Shown one piece after another: positions 9,136-18,943 of a DNA stretch of 64,000 bases. The notes beneath the pieces are model-generated. The model was given only the letters and a program-made list of their open reading frames with translations, did not search any database and had not been told where the DNA came from. A program made the position numbers and the translations under genes. The DNA is from Patescibacteria group bacterium (GTDB lineage Bacteria > Patescibacteriota > Patescibacteriia > PEXW01), in contig JBAZBR010000001.1 in assembly GCA_041671325.1 (NCBI GenBank), forward strand, positions 89,771 through 153,770, given 5' to 3'. Within the stretch, counting starts at the first letter, position 1; every line of letters begins with the position of its first letter.

Positions 9136-10334
9136 AAGGTGAAGGTCGAATCCCATTTTTTTTGACTAACCGTTATTTGCGGCACGGCAATAAATGGACT
9201 TTTGGGTTGATAGTTTTTCTGATGGCCGTGGCGTTCGTGAATTTGGTTTTTGTGGCTGCTTTATTTAACGGTATTATCGATAATGCTAATAAGCAGATTG
9301 TTAACACTTATACTGGCCATGTTTTTATTACGCCTAAAGCAGGTAGTGATTACATCGAAAATGTCGATCAAATTTTAAATACCATCAAATCTGTACCAAA
9401 TGTTAAAGCCGCCAGTTCGGAAATGTTAGTGCCAGGCAATTTGCAGTATAAAAATATTAAAGGCACCTGGCAGATTTTAGCAATCAATCCGGATTTGGAA
9501 AAGCAAGCAACTAATGTCTCGGAAAAAATGTCAGCAGGAAGTTATCTAGAGGCTAGTGATACGGACCAGATCATTATCGGCAGGCAAATAGCCGGAGGCG
9601 AGGGCGTGGAAATGGACGCATTTTCTTTTAAAGGCGCCCAGGTCGGCGAAAAAGTTTCTATAATAATTAATGGTGTAGCCAAGGAATTTACAATTAAAGG
9701 GATTTTTTATACTAAGTTTTTAGATGCTGACCAACGGGCTTTCATTACCAGCGCGGCCTTAGATAATTTGGTCCCAAATTTGAGAGACAAAGCCACTAGC
9801 ATTCTCATTCGGGCACAAAAAACTGGTCAAGAAAATCAGATTATTTCCAGTTTACAAGCCCAAGGCATTGTTGGCACATTTTTATCCTGGAAAGATGCAG
9901 CCGGCTTGATGTCCAGCGTCACCAACAGTTTTTTAAGTATTAATGTCATCATGTCCACGGTTGCAGTCTTGATTGCCGCGGTTACCATTTTTATAGTTAT
10001 TTACATTGATATTTCCAGTAAACGTCAGCAGATTGGGATTTTAAGGGCCATTGGCATTCGGCCTTATTTAATCCGCACTACGTATGTTTTGCAAACTTTA
10101 ATATATTCAGTTTCCGGCGTGCTTCTAGGTCTAATAATATTTTTTGCCGCTATTGTTCCATATTTTATTGCCCACCCTTTTGCATTGCCCATTGGTGATT
10201 CAGTCTTAGTAGTGGATGCGCTGGATATTAACATTCGGATATTAGCCATTATTTTAGTAGCGGTTTTATCCGGTCTTATCCCTTCAATCATGATAACCAG
10301 GTTAAAAATCCTGGATGCCATTTGGGGTAAATAA
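9132..10334 (+). CDS. ABC transporter permease, FtsX/MacB-like
   Basis: Coupled (ATGA overlap) to the upstream ATPase. N-terminal TM, large periplasmic domain, C-terminal 3-TM FtsX-like region. Confidence 0.75.
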   Translation: MKGEGRIPFFLTNRYLRHGNKWTFGLIVFLMAVAFVNLVFVAALFNGIIDNANKQIVNTYTGHVFITPKAGSDYIENVDQILNTIKSVPNVKAASSEMLVPGNLQYKNIKGTWQILAINPDLEKQATNVSEKMSAGSYLEASDTDQIIIGRQIAGGEGVEMDAFSFKGAQVGEKVSIIINGVAKEFTIKGIFYTKFLDADQRAFITSAALDNLVPNLRDKATSILIRAQKTGQENQIISSLQAQGIVGTFLSWKDAAGLMSSVTNSFLSINVIMSTVAVLIAAVTIFIVIYIDISSKRQQIGILRAIGIRPYLIRTTYVLQTLIYSVSGVLLGLIIFFAAIVPYFIAHPFALPIGDSVLVVDALDINIRILAIILVAVLSGLIPSIMITRLKILDAIWGK

Positions 10335-10751
10335 GTTGTCCACAGTCAAGAAGTTTTTGTATTAAGGTAAATGGGTTTTTCTTAACAAAAAACCTTTTTT
10401 TAATTTTCAATGCAGATCGATTAGTAGTAATATAAAAATATGAAAGGGCAAATTGCCACAAATAAAAGTCGACAAAAGCGATAACTAGCCCCGTGTTTTA
10501 AAACGCGGGTTTTTTGAAGATCTGAAAACCGAGAAAACTGAACTTTAAAAATAATTTCGGAGAGGAGGCTTGCCTTCGAAACTCAGAATTCGATAATTCC
10601 TTTAACGCCACCGCGCGTTAGTATCGTTCTGTACCACCCGGATGGTATCGAGGTAGATGGGAAATTATATCCACGGAAAACATTAGGGGATAAATGTTAT
10701 TTCTTTGACAATGTTTGGTACCAGACCGAAGAGGAAAAATGGGTCGCATAT

Positions 10752-11084
10752 ATGTTAAGCACCATGGGAATACGATTCCATCACCATGTTGCATTGCCAT
10801 GTAAGCGGCTTAATCGTGAACGTAAACAAAAAACTTGGCATCCCGATTTCGTTCTGGATTCACTTCAACGTTGGATCGATCCTGTATTTTATTCTGGCTC
10901 GGTTATTCTAGGTATTGAAGTCAAAAGAACCTTTGAAACATACGGGGAGGAAGCAGTTAGCAGTGCGCGTGATGTTCAACAAAATCTGGGTATTCCTGTA
11001 CTGATTATTAATCGTAAAAGGATTGAAAAATATCTGAGCCACAATGGTCGTCTTCCTCTTAAACCTTTGGTACGCGCCGCGTAA
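10752..11084 (+). CDS. PD-(D/E)XK nuclease superfamily protein (Vsr/DUF559-like); N-terminus may extend upstream to about 10554
   Basis: HPDFVLD...ILGIEVK gives a PD...ExK arrangement. The reading frame is open from 10554 with GGAGAGGAGG at 10558 but no canonical start until 10752. Confidence 0.5.
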   Translation: MLSTMGIRFHHHVALPCKRLNRERKQKTWHPDFVLDSLQRWIDPVFYSGSVILGIEVKRTFETYGEEAVSSARDVQQNLGIPVLIINRKRIEKYLSHNGRLPLKPLVRAA

Positions 11085-11441
11085 TTAATTTCCAAATCCT
11101 CGCATAATATAAGCGGGGATTTTTTAAAAACCTCTTTTCGCATTTTAATTGACAATTATCAGAATCAGGATTATATTTAGACTTAATTGAAAATAAGCAT
11201 ATGATTTTACGCATTCCACAATTGCATATGGGTCAAAAAATTTCGCCAAAAAGCGGTCTCTTTTGTGTTACTAATGCTGACCGTTTTTATGGGTTTTTGC
11301 CTGCATGCAGTTTGGATATGCTTATGAATTAAACTAATTTTCTAAGCGAAGAATATCTCGGCTGCATCCAGGCCGAGATTTTTTGTTTTTGATTAAGATT
11401 TTGGTTGTTCGTTAACAATTCAAAAAGAAAGGAAATAGATT

Positions 11442-12644
11442 ATGGATAAATTTCAAGCCAAAAGGAACTTAATCCTTTATGGGATTTTCCAAGCCTTGCG
11501 CGAACCGCTTTTCTGGGGCCCGATTATAATCCTTTACCTCCAGCAAATGGGCCACATGAGCCTTTCGAGTATCTACTTGGTGGAATCCATAACCATGTTG
11601 CTCTTGATCGTGTTACAAATCCCAACTGGCGCCTTGGCTGATTTACTAGGCAGGAAAAACACCATGATCATTGGCAGTATCTTGGTCGTGCTGGATAATG
11701 TGCTGTTTGCCCTAGTTGATTCCCTAGCCATGGTTTTGGTGGCCAATCTTGTCTGGGCAGTTGGCTTTGCTTTTGTCTCAGGCGCTGATTCTTCGTTCTT
11801 GTATGATACTTTGGCTGTAACCGGCGAAACTGAGAAGTACAAGAAAATTGAAGGCCGGACAACTGGCATCAGGTTATTGCTGATTGCTCTGACTTCAATT
11901 TTTGTAGGTTATTTGGCCAGCGTCAACTTACGTTTGCCAGTCTGGCTGGGTATTCCCGGAATGGTAATGGCTTTACTTGTCGTTTGCTTGATGAAAGAGC
12001 CGCCTAGACCAAAACATGTTAATGGAGAACCAGCTTATCGGCAGCATTGGAGCTTGATGAAGCTGAGTGTTCTGTTTGTGGCTAATAGTAAAAAGCTTAA
12101 GTGGATAATTGCTTACACGGTCTTGCTGGGAGTGATCGGCAAAGCTTGGTTCTTTACCTATAACCCTTACTTTGAAATGCTGAAATTGCCTTTACACTAC
12201 TATGGTTGGATTTTCTTTGCTGTAAACGTGGTGGCGGCAATTTTTAGTTATGGTTCAGATTGGCTGGCAAAAAAACTAACTGAAAAGACGAACGTGCTTG
12301 GTATGGTTATGCTAACTGGCGTGCCAATAATTCTCTTGTCAGCTTTGGTTTATTGGCCAATGGTAGTGTTGGTTCTGACCCAAAGCATGGTCAGGGGGCA
12401 TTTGCGGCCTTTCATGGGGCATTTCCTGCATGACCACCTAGATTCAGAAAACCGGGCAACTGTGGTTTCCATCCAAGCGGCAGTTGATGGTTTTGGGCAA
12501 TTCGCTTTTTTTGGGATTTTCGGCCTGGCTTTAAAAGCGATTAGTCTTACTACCACCCTGTTTGGGCTTGGGATGTTCAGCTTACTTCTTGGTGGGTATC
12601 TTTACGTGAAATATTTAAAGATATTCCACCCAAAAGCAAAATAA
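11442..12644 (+). CDS. MFS transporter
   Basis: 400 aa with about 12 predicted TM helices. Has the MFS-like GRK loop LADLLGRKN. Confidence 0.75.
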   Translation: MDKFQAKRNLILYGIFQALREPLFWGPIIILYLQQMGHMSLSSIYLVESITMLLLIVLQIPTGALADLLGRKNTMIIGSILVVLDNVLFALVDSLAMVLVANLVWAVGFAFVSGADSSFLYDTLAVTGETEKYKKIEGRTTGIRLLLIALTSIFVGYLASVNLRLPVWLGIPGMVMALLVVCLMKEPPRPKHVNGEPAYRQHWSLMKLSVLFVANSKKLKWIIAYTVLLGVIGKAWFFTYNPYFEMLKLPLHYYGWIFFAVNVVAAIFSYGSDWLAKKLTEKTNVLGMVMLTGVPIILLSALVYWPMVVLVLTQSMVRGHLRPFMGHFLHDHLDSENRATVVSIQAAVDGFGQFAFFGIFGLALKAISLTTTLFGLGMFSLLLGGYLYVKYLKIFHPKAK

Positions 12645-12873
12645 GGATACCCCCTTATCAAATTTGGTAAGGGGGTTTCCCGGGAATATAACCCATGTTA
12701 TATTAAATCTGCCCATGTAGTTAGGCTAACGGGCAAAAACAAACAGGAAGCCCATACAGAAAGGTCTGGGCAGTAATCATGAAACATAACAAGTACGGGG
12801 TCATGATCACCTAGAACCAAGCTGGTTGCTGCGATCCTAATTACTGGAACCCAGTAATTAAAAAATGACCCAA

Positions 12874-12907
12874 CCCGCGGAATGCAAGTCATTCCCCGGG
12901 TTTTTTA
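12874..12907 (+). terminator. Intrinsic terminator of repeat unit 1
   Basis: CCGCGGAATG caagt CATTCCCCGG followed by TTTTTTAT. Confidence 0.6.
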
Positions 12908-13159
12908 TAACCCCAGTCCGTTCTATTCTCATTAGTAAAAAAAGAAAAATGATGCTATTCTTAATTTGACTTTGTAGCCTAAAAGCGAACGAGGTCAGAA
13001 ACAAACAAACTGCCGAAGATGAGGATGTTAAAGAAAGGCAGGCTGTACTTTTATGAAACGTTTACTGAGTGGGGTCGTGATCGCCTAAATACAACTGGCA
13101 ACAAAGGCGTTAAATTACCATTAGCCGGTCGCCCGGACGGTAAGTCATCTTAACCCCGA

Positions 13160-13194
13160 CCCGAGGGATGCAAGTCATTCCCCGGGTTTTTTAT
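13160..13194 (+). terminator. Intrinsic terminator of repeat unit 2
   Basis: CCGAGGGATG caagt CATTCCCCGGG followed by TTTTTTAT. Confidence 0.55.
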
Positions 13195-13415
13195 AATCAA
13201 AGATTTGTCGTTAACAATATCTAATGTTATTCTTTTATTAGCCTCACGCAGTTGCGGTTCACGAGGCAGGAAACACGGCAGATGATAAACTGAGGAAAAA
13301 GAAAGGTCGGTGCCGTATGTTCAGATGCTATTTTTTGGAGGTCGTGATCGTCTAACTCGCCCAAAAAAATGACGTTAAATTATCGGAGTAGTAAACCGAT
13401 AGTCACGCAAGACCT

Positions 13416-13448
13416 CTCCCCTGGAAATACTTCCAGGGGATTTTTTTA
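13416..13448 (+). terminator. Intrinsic terminator of repeat unit 3
   Basis: Perfect hairpin CCCCTGGAA ata CTTCCAGGGG followed by ATTTTTTT. Confidence 0.65.
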
Positions 13449-13520
13449 ATTTGACTAATTTTCAAGCATCAGATAGGTTATTGTAAAAGCAGATTAACAC
13501 CAAAAGAGAAGGGAAGCATC

Positions 13521-13760
13521 ATGAATGAAAATGTTGGCTTTAATATCGGTGACAAAATCTTGATTATTTACGGTGGCGTTCAAGAAGCTAATGGCCAGGT
13601 GTTAACTATTCAAAACCGGGGCGGCAATACACATATAACTTTGGATTCAAACTATAACCTCCAAAGACCCGTTGGCTCTAATGGTCAATGGAGATTGTAT
13701 CATGACGGAACATTTTTAATATGTTGCACCATTAAAAAAGCCGAATCGCCAGCCAAATGA
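13521..13760 (+). CDS. Hypothetical small protein
   Basis: 79-aa ORF with RBS GAAGGGAAG upstream. No family recognised. Confidence 0.45.
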   Translation: MNENVGFNIGDKILIIYGGVQEANGQVLTIQNRGGNTHITLDSNYNLQRPVGSNGQWRLYHDGTFLICCTIKKAESPAK

Positions 13761-13901
13761 TTTTTCTAAAAACCCCCAACACATTTTATGGTTGCGGGTT
13801 TTTTAATTGCAGGAATAATGATTTTTGGTTAATATATAAACATGAAATTTAGCTCTAGTCAAACCTTTAAGTTAGCCAAAAGGGGATTTTAATATTCGAT
13901 A

Positions 13902-14648
13902 ATGAGCAATCAAGACCCAACAAACAAAATTCATACCCTGTTAGTTTCCGATCTGCACTTAGGTTCACGCTTAAGCCGGGCTGAAGAATTTTATAATTTT
14001 TTAGCCAGCCAACAAATCACTAGGCATGAGTATAAATTCAACCAACTAATTTTACTAGGCGACATTTTTAATGATTTGAATTTTTCTAAATTTGGCAAAT
14101 TTGAATGGAAAATCATTGGACTTATCCGTCGGATAAATGACAGGCGGAGCAATGCAAAGGTAGTATGGATCCGGGGCAACCATGATAGCGCCATCGTGAA
14201 TTTAATGTCGCAATTAGTCGGCGTGGCCGTGCATGAAGAATTTTTGTGCCAGATTGGGGAAAAGAAATTTTTGGTAATGCATGGCGACCAATTTGACAAA
14301 TGGGTAAATGATTGGCCGTATCTCAGTAAAATTCCCACAAAAATTTATAATTTTATCCAGAAAGTTGATGGTAAAAGACATCATTTAAGCCGGTTCATCA
14401 AAGATAAAAGCAAAACCTGGCTCAGGATTAACAAGTCAGTAGCCGAAGGCATTATTAAATATGCTAAAGAAAAACAGTATCAAGTTGATGGGGTTTTATG
14501 TGGTCACACCCACATCTCTGAAAATTTTTTACAAGACGGAATAATGTATTACAACACTGGCTGTTGGACAGGCGAACACGATCCGACTTACATCAAAATT
14601 TCCCACACTGGTGAAGTGGAAATTAAAGAATACTTTTCGCCTAAATAA
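13902..14648 (+). CDS. Calcineurin-like metallophosphoesterase (LpxH/YbbF-like)
   Basis: Motifs DLHLG, GDIFN, GNHDS, HGDQFD, CGHTH in canonical order. Confidence 0.8.
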   Translation: MSNQDPTNKIHTLLVSDLHLGSRLSRAEEFYNFLASQQITRHEYKFNQLILLGDIFNDLNFSKFGKFEWKIIGLIRRINDRRSNAKVVWIRGNHDSAIVNLMSQLVGVAVHEEFLCQIGEKKFLVMHGDQFDKWVNDWPYLSKIPTKIYNFIQKVDGKRHHLSRFIKDKSKTWLRINKSVAEGIIKYAKEKQYQVDGVLCGHTHISENFLQDGIMYYNTGCWTGEHDPTYIKISHTGEVEIKEYFSPK

Positions 14649-14741
14649 CTTTTCTTAGGTACTAATATTGACAGGAATATAGTTTTGTGCTAATTTATTG
14701 TATCAAAAAACAGATAAAACAAAACAAAAGGAAGGTATAAA

Positions 14742-15152
14742 ATGGTAGCTTTGGAAACTAAACCTCGGGAAAGTGCGTGGCAAGTAAGCAGGCCCCAATC
14801 ATTTTATCTGGCACAAGGGGTAATGTTTTTATTTGTTGGGCTTTTTATTGGCTTATTTATTGGCCCCATGCTGGTAGCTTTGACCCTGCTTAATGTGACA
14901 GCCGGAGTGAGTGCGAGTTTATCCATTGCCGTGTTATTTGGTTGGATTTTTGAAAGAGCAATGGGTTGTTATGGCTCCACTGCAAATTTCAGCTTTATGG
15001 ATCTTTGCACTATTCCTGGCTGCGTTGGTCTTGGAATATCGGCTTGGATAATTTTCCTGAGCCATGCAACTCATGTGTATTCCGCATTAGCAATGCTTCT
15101 TGTTTTACCGATCACCACTTGGTTGTGGTCGTTCCGTTACAAGCAAAGCTAG
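14742..15152 (+). CDS. Hypothetical integral membrane protein
   Basis: 136 aa with 4 predicted TM helices. RBS AAGGAAGG upstream. Confidence 0.5.
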   Translation: MVALETKPRESAWQVSRPQSFYLAQGVMFLFVGLFIGLFIGPMLVALTLLNVTAGVSASLSIAVLFGWIFERAMGCYGSTANFSFMDLCTIPGCVGLGISAWIIFLSHATHVYSALAMLLVLPITTWLWSFRYKQS

Positions 15153-15223
15153 ATACCAATCTTAAACCCGACCGTTTTGGCCGGGTTTTTTCTTTTTAGT
15201 TACGAATATACTAAAATACCTTT

Positions 15224-18200
15224 ATGGCCCTAATGTCATCTTTAAATCCTGCGCAAAAGCAGGCCATCACCCATAAAAGTGGGCCGCTCTTGATTGTAGC
15301 TGGGGCAGGCACGGGTAAAACCACGGTTATTACCCAGCGTTTGGCTTGGCTGATTTCTGATCAAAAAATCCAGCCTGACCATATTTTAGCCTTAACTTTC
15401 ACGGATAAGGCCGCGGGGGAAATGGAAGAGCGGGTGGATAAATTACTGCCCATGGGTTACGTGGATTTGTGGGTTTCCACTTTTCACGCTTTTTGCGAAA
15501 GGATTTTGCGGGATCATGCCTTGGATATTGGTCTGGTGCCGGATTTCAAGTTGCTGGATGAAACTGACCAAGCCATTTTGATGCGGGAAAATCTGGATAA
15601 GTTCGAACTGAATTATTACCGGCCTTTGGGCAATCCCACCAAATTCGTGGCCAGCCTGATCAAACATTTTTCCCGCTGCAAGGACGAAGCCATTCGGCCC
15701 GAGGAATATTTGAAATATGCGGAAAAATTAAAGTTAGATTTGGATCAGGTGCATGGTCCCGCCATAAATTCAAAGGCAAAACACCGGCGGGACGTCGCTC
15801 CACAAGAGGTTTCATCAAAAGAAGAAGGTGCACAAGTGGATCTCCGCCGAAAAAAGAAAACCGAAGATGAAACTGATCAGATTGTTGAATCGGAACGTAT
15901 TAATGAAATCGCCAACGCTTACCATACTTACCAGCAATTGCTTTTTGAAAAAGGTGCTTTGGATTTTGGCGATTTGATTACTCAAGCCTTGTATCTTTTT
16001 CAAAACCGGCCCAAAATATTAAATAAATACCGGAAGCAATTCGAATACATTTTGGTTGACGAATTCCAAGACACCAACTGGGCGCAATACGAACTGGTAA
16101 AAATTTTAGCCCAACCAGTTAACAATTTGACGGTAGTCGGGGATGATGACCAAAGCATTTATAAATTCCGCGGGGCATCGGTGGCCAATATCTTGGCTTT
16201 TAAAAAAGACTTCCCCAAGACCAAAGAAATTGTTTTGACTGAAAATTACCGTAGTACCCAAAACATTTTGGATTTGTCTTATGAATTCATCCAAAACAAT
16301 AACCCCAACCGCTTGGAGGTGCAGTTAGGTGGTAAAAAATCAGCCAAGAGTAAAAATCCTGGACCGATGATAAGTAAGAAATTACTTGCCCAAACCAAAG
16401 ATAAAGGCTTGATAGAATATTGGCTCATGCCCACTTTGGAACAGGAAGTTTTGGCCGTAATTGAAAAAATTCTGGAAATTAAAAAGTCTGGTAAAGAAAA
16501 AATATCTTACAATGATTTTGCCATTTTAGTTAGGGCTAATGACAGTGCCACGCCGATCTTCCAAAAATTAAAAGCCGTGGAAATCCCTTTCCAATTCTTG
16601 GCTTCGGCCGGGTTATACCGCCAACCGATTATTTTGGATATTTTGAATTACCTTAAGCTCTTGGGTAATTACCACGAAACCCCAAGCCTGTATCGGCTTT
16701 TGACCTTACCAATCTTAAAAATTCCTTTGCCCGATGTCATGACTTTAATGGCCATGGCCAGGCGGGAAACCAAGTCACTTTACGAGATTGTCCAATCCGC
16801 CAGGTTTTTAAATGGCCTTAAGCCCGAAACCGTAATTGGCATTGATAAATTACTGGCTTGGCTGGCAAAGCATGCGCAAATGGCCCGGACCCAACCTATC
16901 GGTGAAGTGGCTTTGAAATTTTTGGAAGATTCTGGTTTGTTGAAAAACGTCACCAGCAAAACCGATACTGAACATTTGGAACAGGTAAATTATGTCAATC
17001 AACTTTTTCAAATTTTTCATAATTTCCAAATCCGGCATGCTGAACCCACAGTCGGGAATTTTTTGAAAGAATTAGCTTTTGCCCAAGAAGCCGGGGACAG
17101 CGGCAGTCTGAAACCGCCAGAATGGGAACAAGGACCCGAAGCCGTAAAAATCATGACTGTGCATGGCTCCAAAGGTTTGGAATTTCCCTATGTTTTTATC
17201 GTAAATTTGGTCGACAAAAGATTCCCAACCATTGAAAGGCGAGAGGCAATTGAATTGCCAGTTGACCTAGTCAGGGAAAAGTTGCCAGAAGGGGATTGGC
17301 ATTTGCAGGAAGAACGACGTTTATTTTATGTCGGTATTACCCGAGCCAAACAAGGTGTATTTTTCACCGGGGCTGAAGATTATGGCGGTACACGCAAGAA
17401 AAAGCCCTCTCGGTTTATGGAAGAATTAGGCCTTACACCAAAAGCCTTTAAATTAAAATCAAATTTATTAGTAAAGCCCGAAAACGGTCCAAGCAAACCA
17501 GAGAATAATTTGGAGTTATTGCGCAAAATCATGCCCCCGTATTTCAGTTTTACTCAATTGAAAGCTTTTGAAAAATGCCCCAAGCAATACAAATACGCGC
17601 ACCTTTTAAAAATTCCAACCCCAGGCAAAGCCTCTTTCAGTTTTGGCCAAACCATTCACACCACACTTTTAAATTTTTTCAAATTGGTCAAAGAACGGGC
17701 TAATGCCGGCCAGCAGGATTTGTTCGGCAACCAAGTCGATAAAAAAACTGAAAGCCAAGAACCTTTAGTCAGCTGGTCAGAATTACAGCAGGTTTATCAA
17801 GGCGCTTGGATTGATTCTTGGTATGAAGATGCTCAACAAAAGCAGAAATATAAAAAACGGGGTATTGAATTCTTGAAAAGATTTTATGACAGTTTGCCCA
17901 CACCTTGGCCCAAACCGATTGATTTGGAAAAGGGTTTTACCATCACCATCAATGGTCAAATGTTAAAGGGTAAGATTGACCGGATTGATGCCGTGTCTGG
18001 TGGTATTGAAATAATTGATTATAAAACTTCAGAAAGGCCGCCGGAAGAGGAAAAGGATGCGGAGTTGGAACAGTTGCATATTTACGCCATGGCAGCCAGG
18101 GAAGCCTTGAAATTAAATCCAGTTAAACTTACTTATATTTATCTAGCCATAGAAAAACCATATTCTTACGAAGTTGACGAAAAAGCCATTGAAAAAACCA

Positions 18201-18322
18201 AGGCGGAAATTTCTGAAACAATTACAGAAATATTGAAAAGTGATTTTGTGGCGACACCCGCTAAGCACGTTTGCGTTCATTGCGACTTTCAGGGAATTTG
18301 CGAAGATAGATGGAGGGGATAG
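15224..18322 (+). CDS. ATP-dependent UvrD/PcrA-type helicase fused to C-terminal PD-(D/E)XK (Cas4/RecB/AddB-like) nuclease domain with Cys cluster
   Basis: Walker A GAGTGKT. Helicase motifs DEFQDT, VGDDDQSIY, TVHGSKGLEF, VGITRA. C-terminal IIDYKTS...CVHCDFQGIC. Confidence 0.85.
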   Translation: MALMSSLNPAQKQAITHKSGPLLIVAGAGTGKTTVITQRLAWLISDQKIQPDHILALTFTDKAAGEMEERVDKLLPMGYVDLWVSTFHAFCERILRDHALDIGLVPDFKLLDETDQAILMRENLDKFELNYYRPLGNPTKFVASLIKHFSRCKDEAIRPEEYLKYAEKLKLDLDQVHGPAINSKAKHRRDVAPQEVSSKEEGAQVDLRRKKKTEDETDQIVESERINEIANAYHTYQQLLFEKGALDFGDLITQALYLFQNRPKILNKYRKQFEYILVDEFQDTNWAQYELVKILAQPVNNLTVVGDDDQSIYKFRGASVANILAFKKDFPKTKEIVLTENYRSTQNILDLSYEFIQNNNPNRLEVQLGGKKSAKSKNPGPMISKKLLAQTKDKGLIEYWLMPTLEQEVLAVIEKILEIKKSGKEKISYNDFAILVRANDSATPIFQKLKAVEIPFQFLASAGLYRQPIILDILNYLKLLGNYHETPSLYRLLTLPILKIPLPDVMTLMAMARRETKSLYEIVQSARFLNGLKPETVIGIDKLLAWLAKHAQMARTQPIGEVALKFLEDSGLLKNVTSKTDTEHLEQVNYVNQLFQIFHNFQIRHAEPTVGNFLKELAFAQEAGDSGSLKPPEWEQGPEAVKIMTVHGSKGLEFPYVFIVNLVDKRFPTIERREAIELPVDLVREKLPEGDWHLQEERRLFYVGITRAKQGVFFTGAEDYGGTRKKKPSRFMEELGLTPKAFKLKSNLLVKPENGPSKPENNLELLRKIMPPYFSFTQLKAFEKCPKQYKYAHLLKIPTPGKASFSFGQTIHTTLLNFFKLVKERANAGQQDLFGNQVDKKTESQEPLVSWSELQQVYQGAWIDSWYEDAQQKQKYKKRGIEFLKRFYDSLPTPWPKPIDLEKGFTITINGQMLKGKIDRIDAVSGGIEIIDYKTSERPPEEEKDAELEQLHIYAMAAREALKLNPVKLTYIYLAIEKPYSYEVDEKAIEKTKAEISETITEILKSDFVATPAKHVCVHCDFQGICEDRWRG

Positions 18323-18334
18323 TTTACCCCGCCC

Positions 18335-18410
18335 AAACCCTCCCCTTACTAAGGGGAGGAGTTTTCGGAACTAGCCCTCCAGGGGGTTAGGGGGAGGTTT
18401 TTATGTTAGG
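18335..18410 (+). terminator. Tandem GC-rich hairpins (CCCTCCCC..GGGGAGG; CCCTCC..GGGGGAGG) with T-tract downstream of the helicase gene
   Basis: Two hairpins followed by TTTTTATG. Confidence 0.45.
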
Positions 18411-18500
18411 ATTTAAGTAATAACCAAGCAATAAGTCGTTTGACTAAAGAAGGCTAAATGATAGGATTCAAATAAGTTTCTATAATTAATTAAAAATACT

Positions 18501-18755
18501 ATGAACAATCCAGAAGAAAGAAACATGTCTCAAGAAGAGGGAAAAGATAATGTAGTTGAATTACGGGATGAATTGGAAGCAAAATTTAAAAGTGGAGCTG
18601 GAGTAAAAGAATTACAACCGATTGTGGAAGCTATTGCGACTCAATGTGCTGACCACACTGTGTGGAAAGATGTTGATAGAAAAGCCTGGGAAAAAGAGTA
18701 CGATCAGGAATACGATCGTTTAGAAGAAACATATCTTCTTAATAACAATAATTAA
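18501..18755 (+). CDS. Hypothetical acidic small protein
   Basis: 84-aa ORF. No family recognised. Confidence 0.4.
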   Translation: MNNPEERNMSQEEGKDNVVELRDELEAKFKSGAGVKELQPIVEAIATQCADHTVWKDVDRKAWEKEYDQEYDRLEETYLLNNNN

Positions 18756-18862
18756 AAAGCTCGGAAGTATTTACTATAGACGGATAGGGTGAGGATGGTT
18801 GTGGTAAGTGGGTGTAGGTGTCCGCTATTGCCAGGAGTACGTTAATTACAATTGTCCACACT

Positions 18863-18906
18863 CTGTCATTGCGAACCCGAGCGAAGCGAGTGGTGAAGCA
18901 ATCTCA
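18863..18906. repeat. Copy 2 (partial) of CTGTCATTGCGA... dispersed repeat
   Basis: CTGTCATTGCGAACCCGAGCGAAGCGAGTGGTGAAGCAATCTC shares the 5' core and the GCAATCTC box with copy 1. Confidence 0.5.
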
Positions 18907-18943
18907 TGCGTAAGAAGTATTTACTAAAACTGTATTACATTGC

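Larger units (their letters stand above)
12690..13460 (+). repeat. Three tandem paralogous units (about 215-270 bp each). Each has an extended -10 promoter, an AGAAAGG-led 11-12-codon sORF ending in the conserved core GGGGTCGTGATCGCCTAA, and its own intrinsic terminator.
   Basis: sORFs: 12779..12814 (MKHNKYGVMIT), 13052..13087 (MKRLLSGVVIA), 13317..13355 (MFRCYFLEVVIV). TGnTATTCT lies upstream of each unit. Terminators lie near 12874-12907, 13160-13194 and 13416-13448. Confidence 0.55.

Noticed and set aside
14966-15199. 77-aa ORF overlapping the 3' end of membrane protein 14742..15152
   Set aside because: It is an alternative frame of a real TM protein and has no independent signals.
15443-17038. 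Short antisense ORFs (60-100 aa) inside the helicase, pheT, gyrB, dnaE, thrS and other long genes listed in the track
   Set aside because: They lie entirely within well-supported long CDSs on the opposite strand or frame and have no RBS. They are typical spurious frames.
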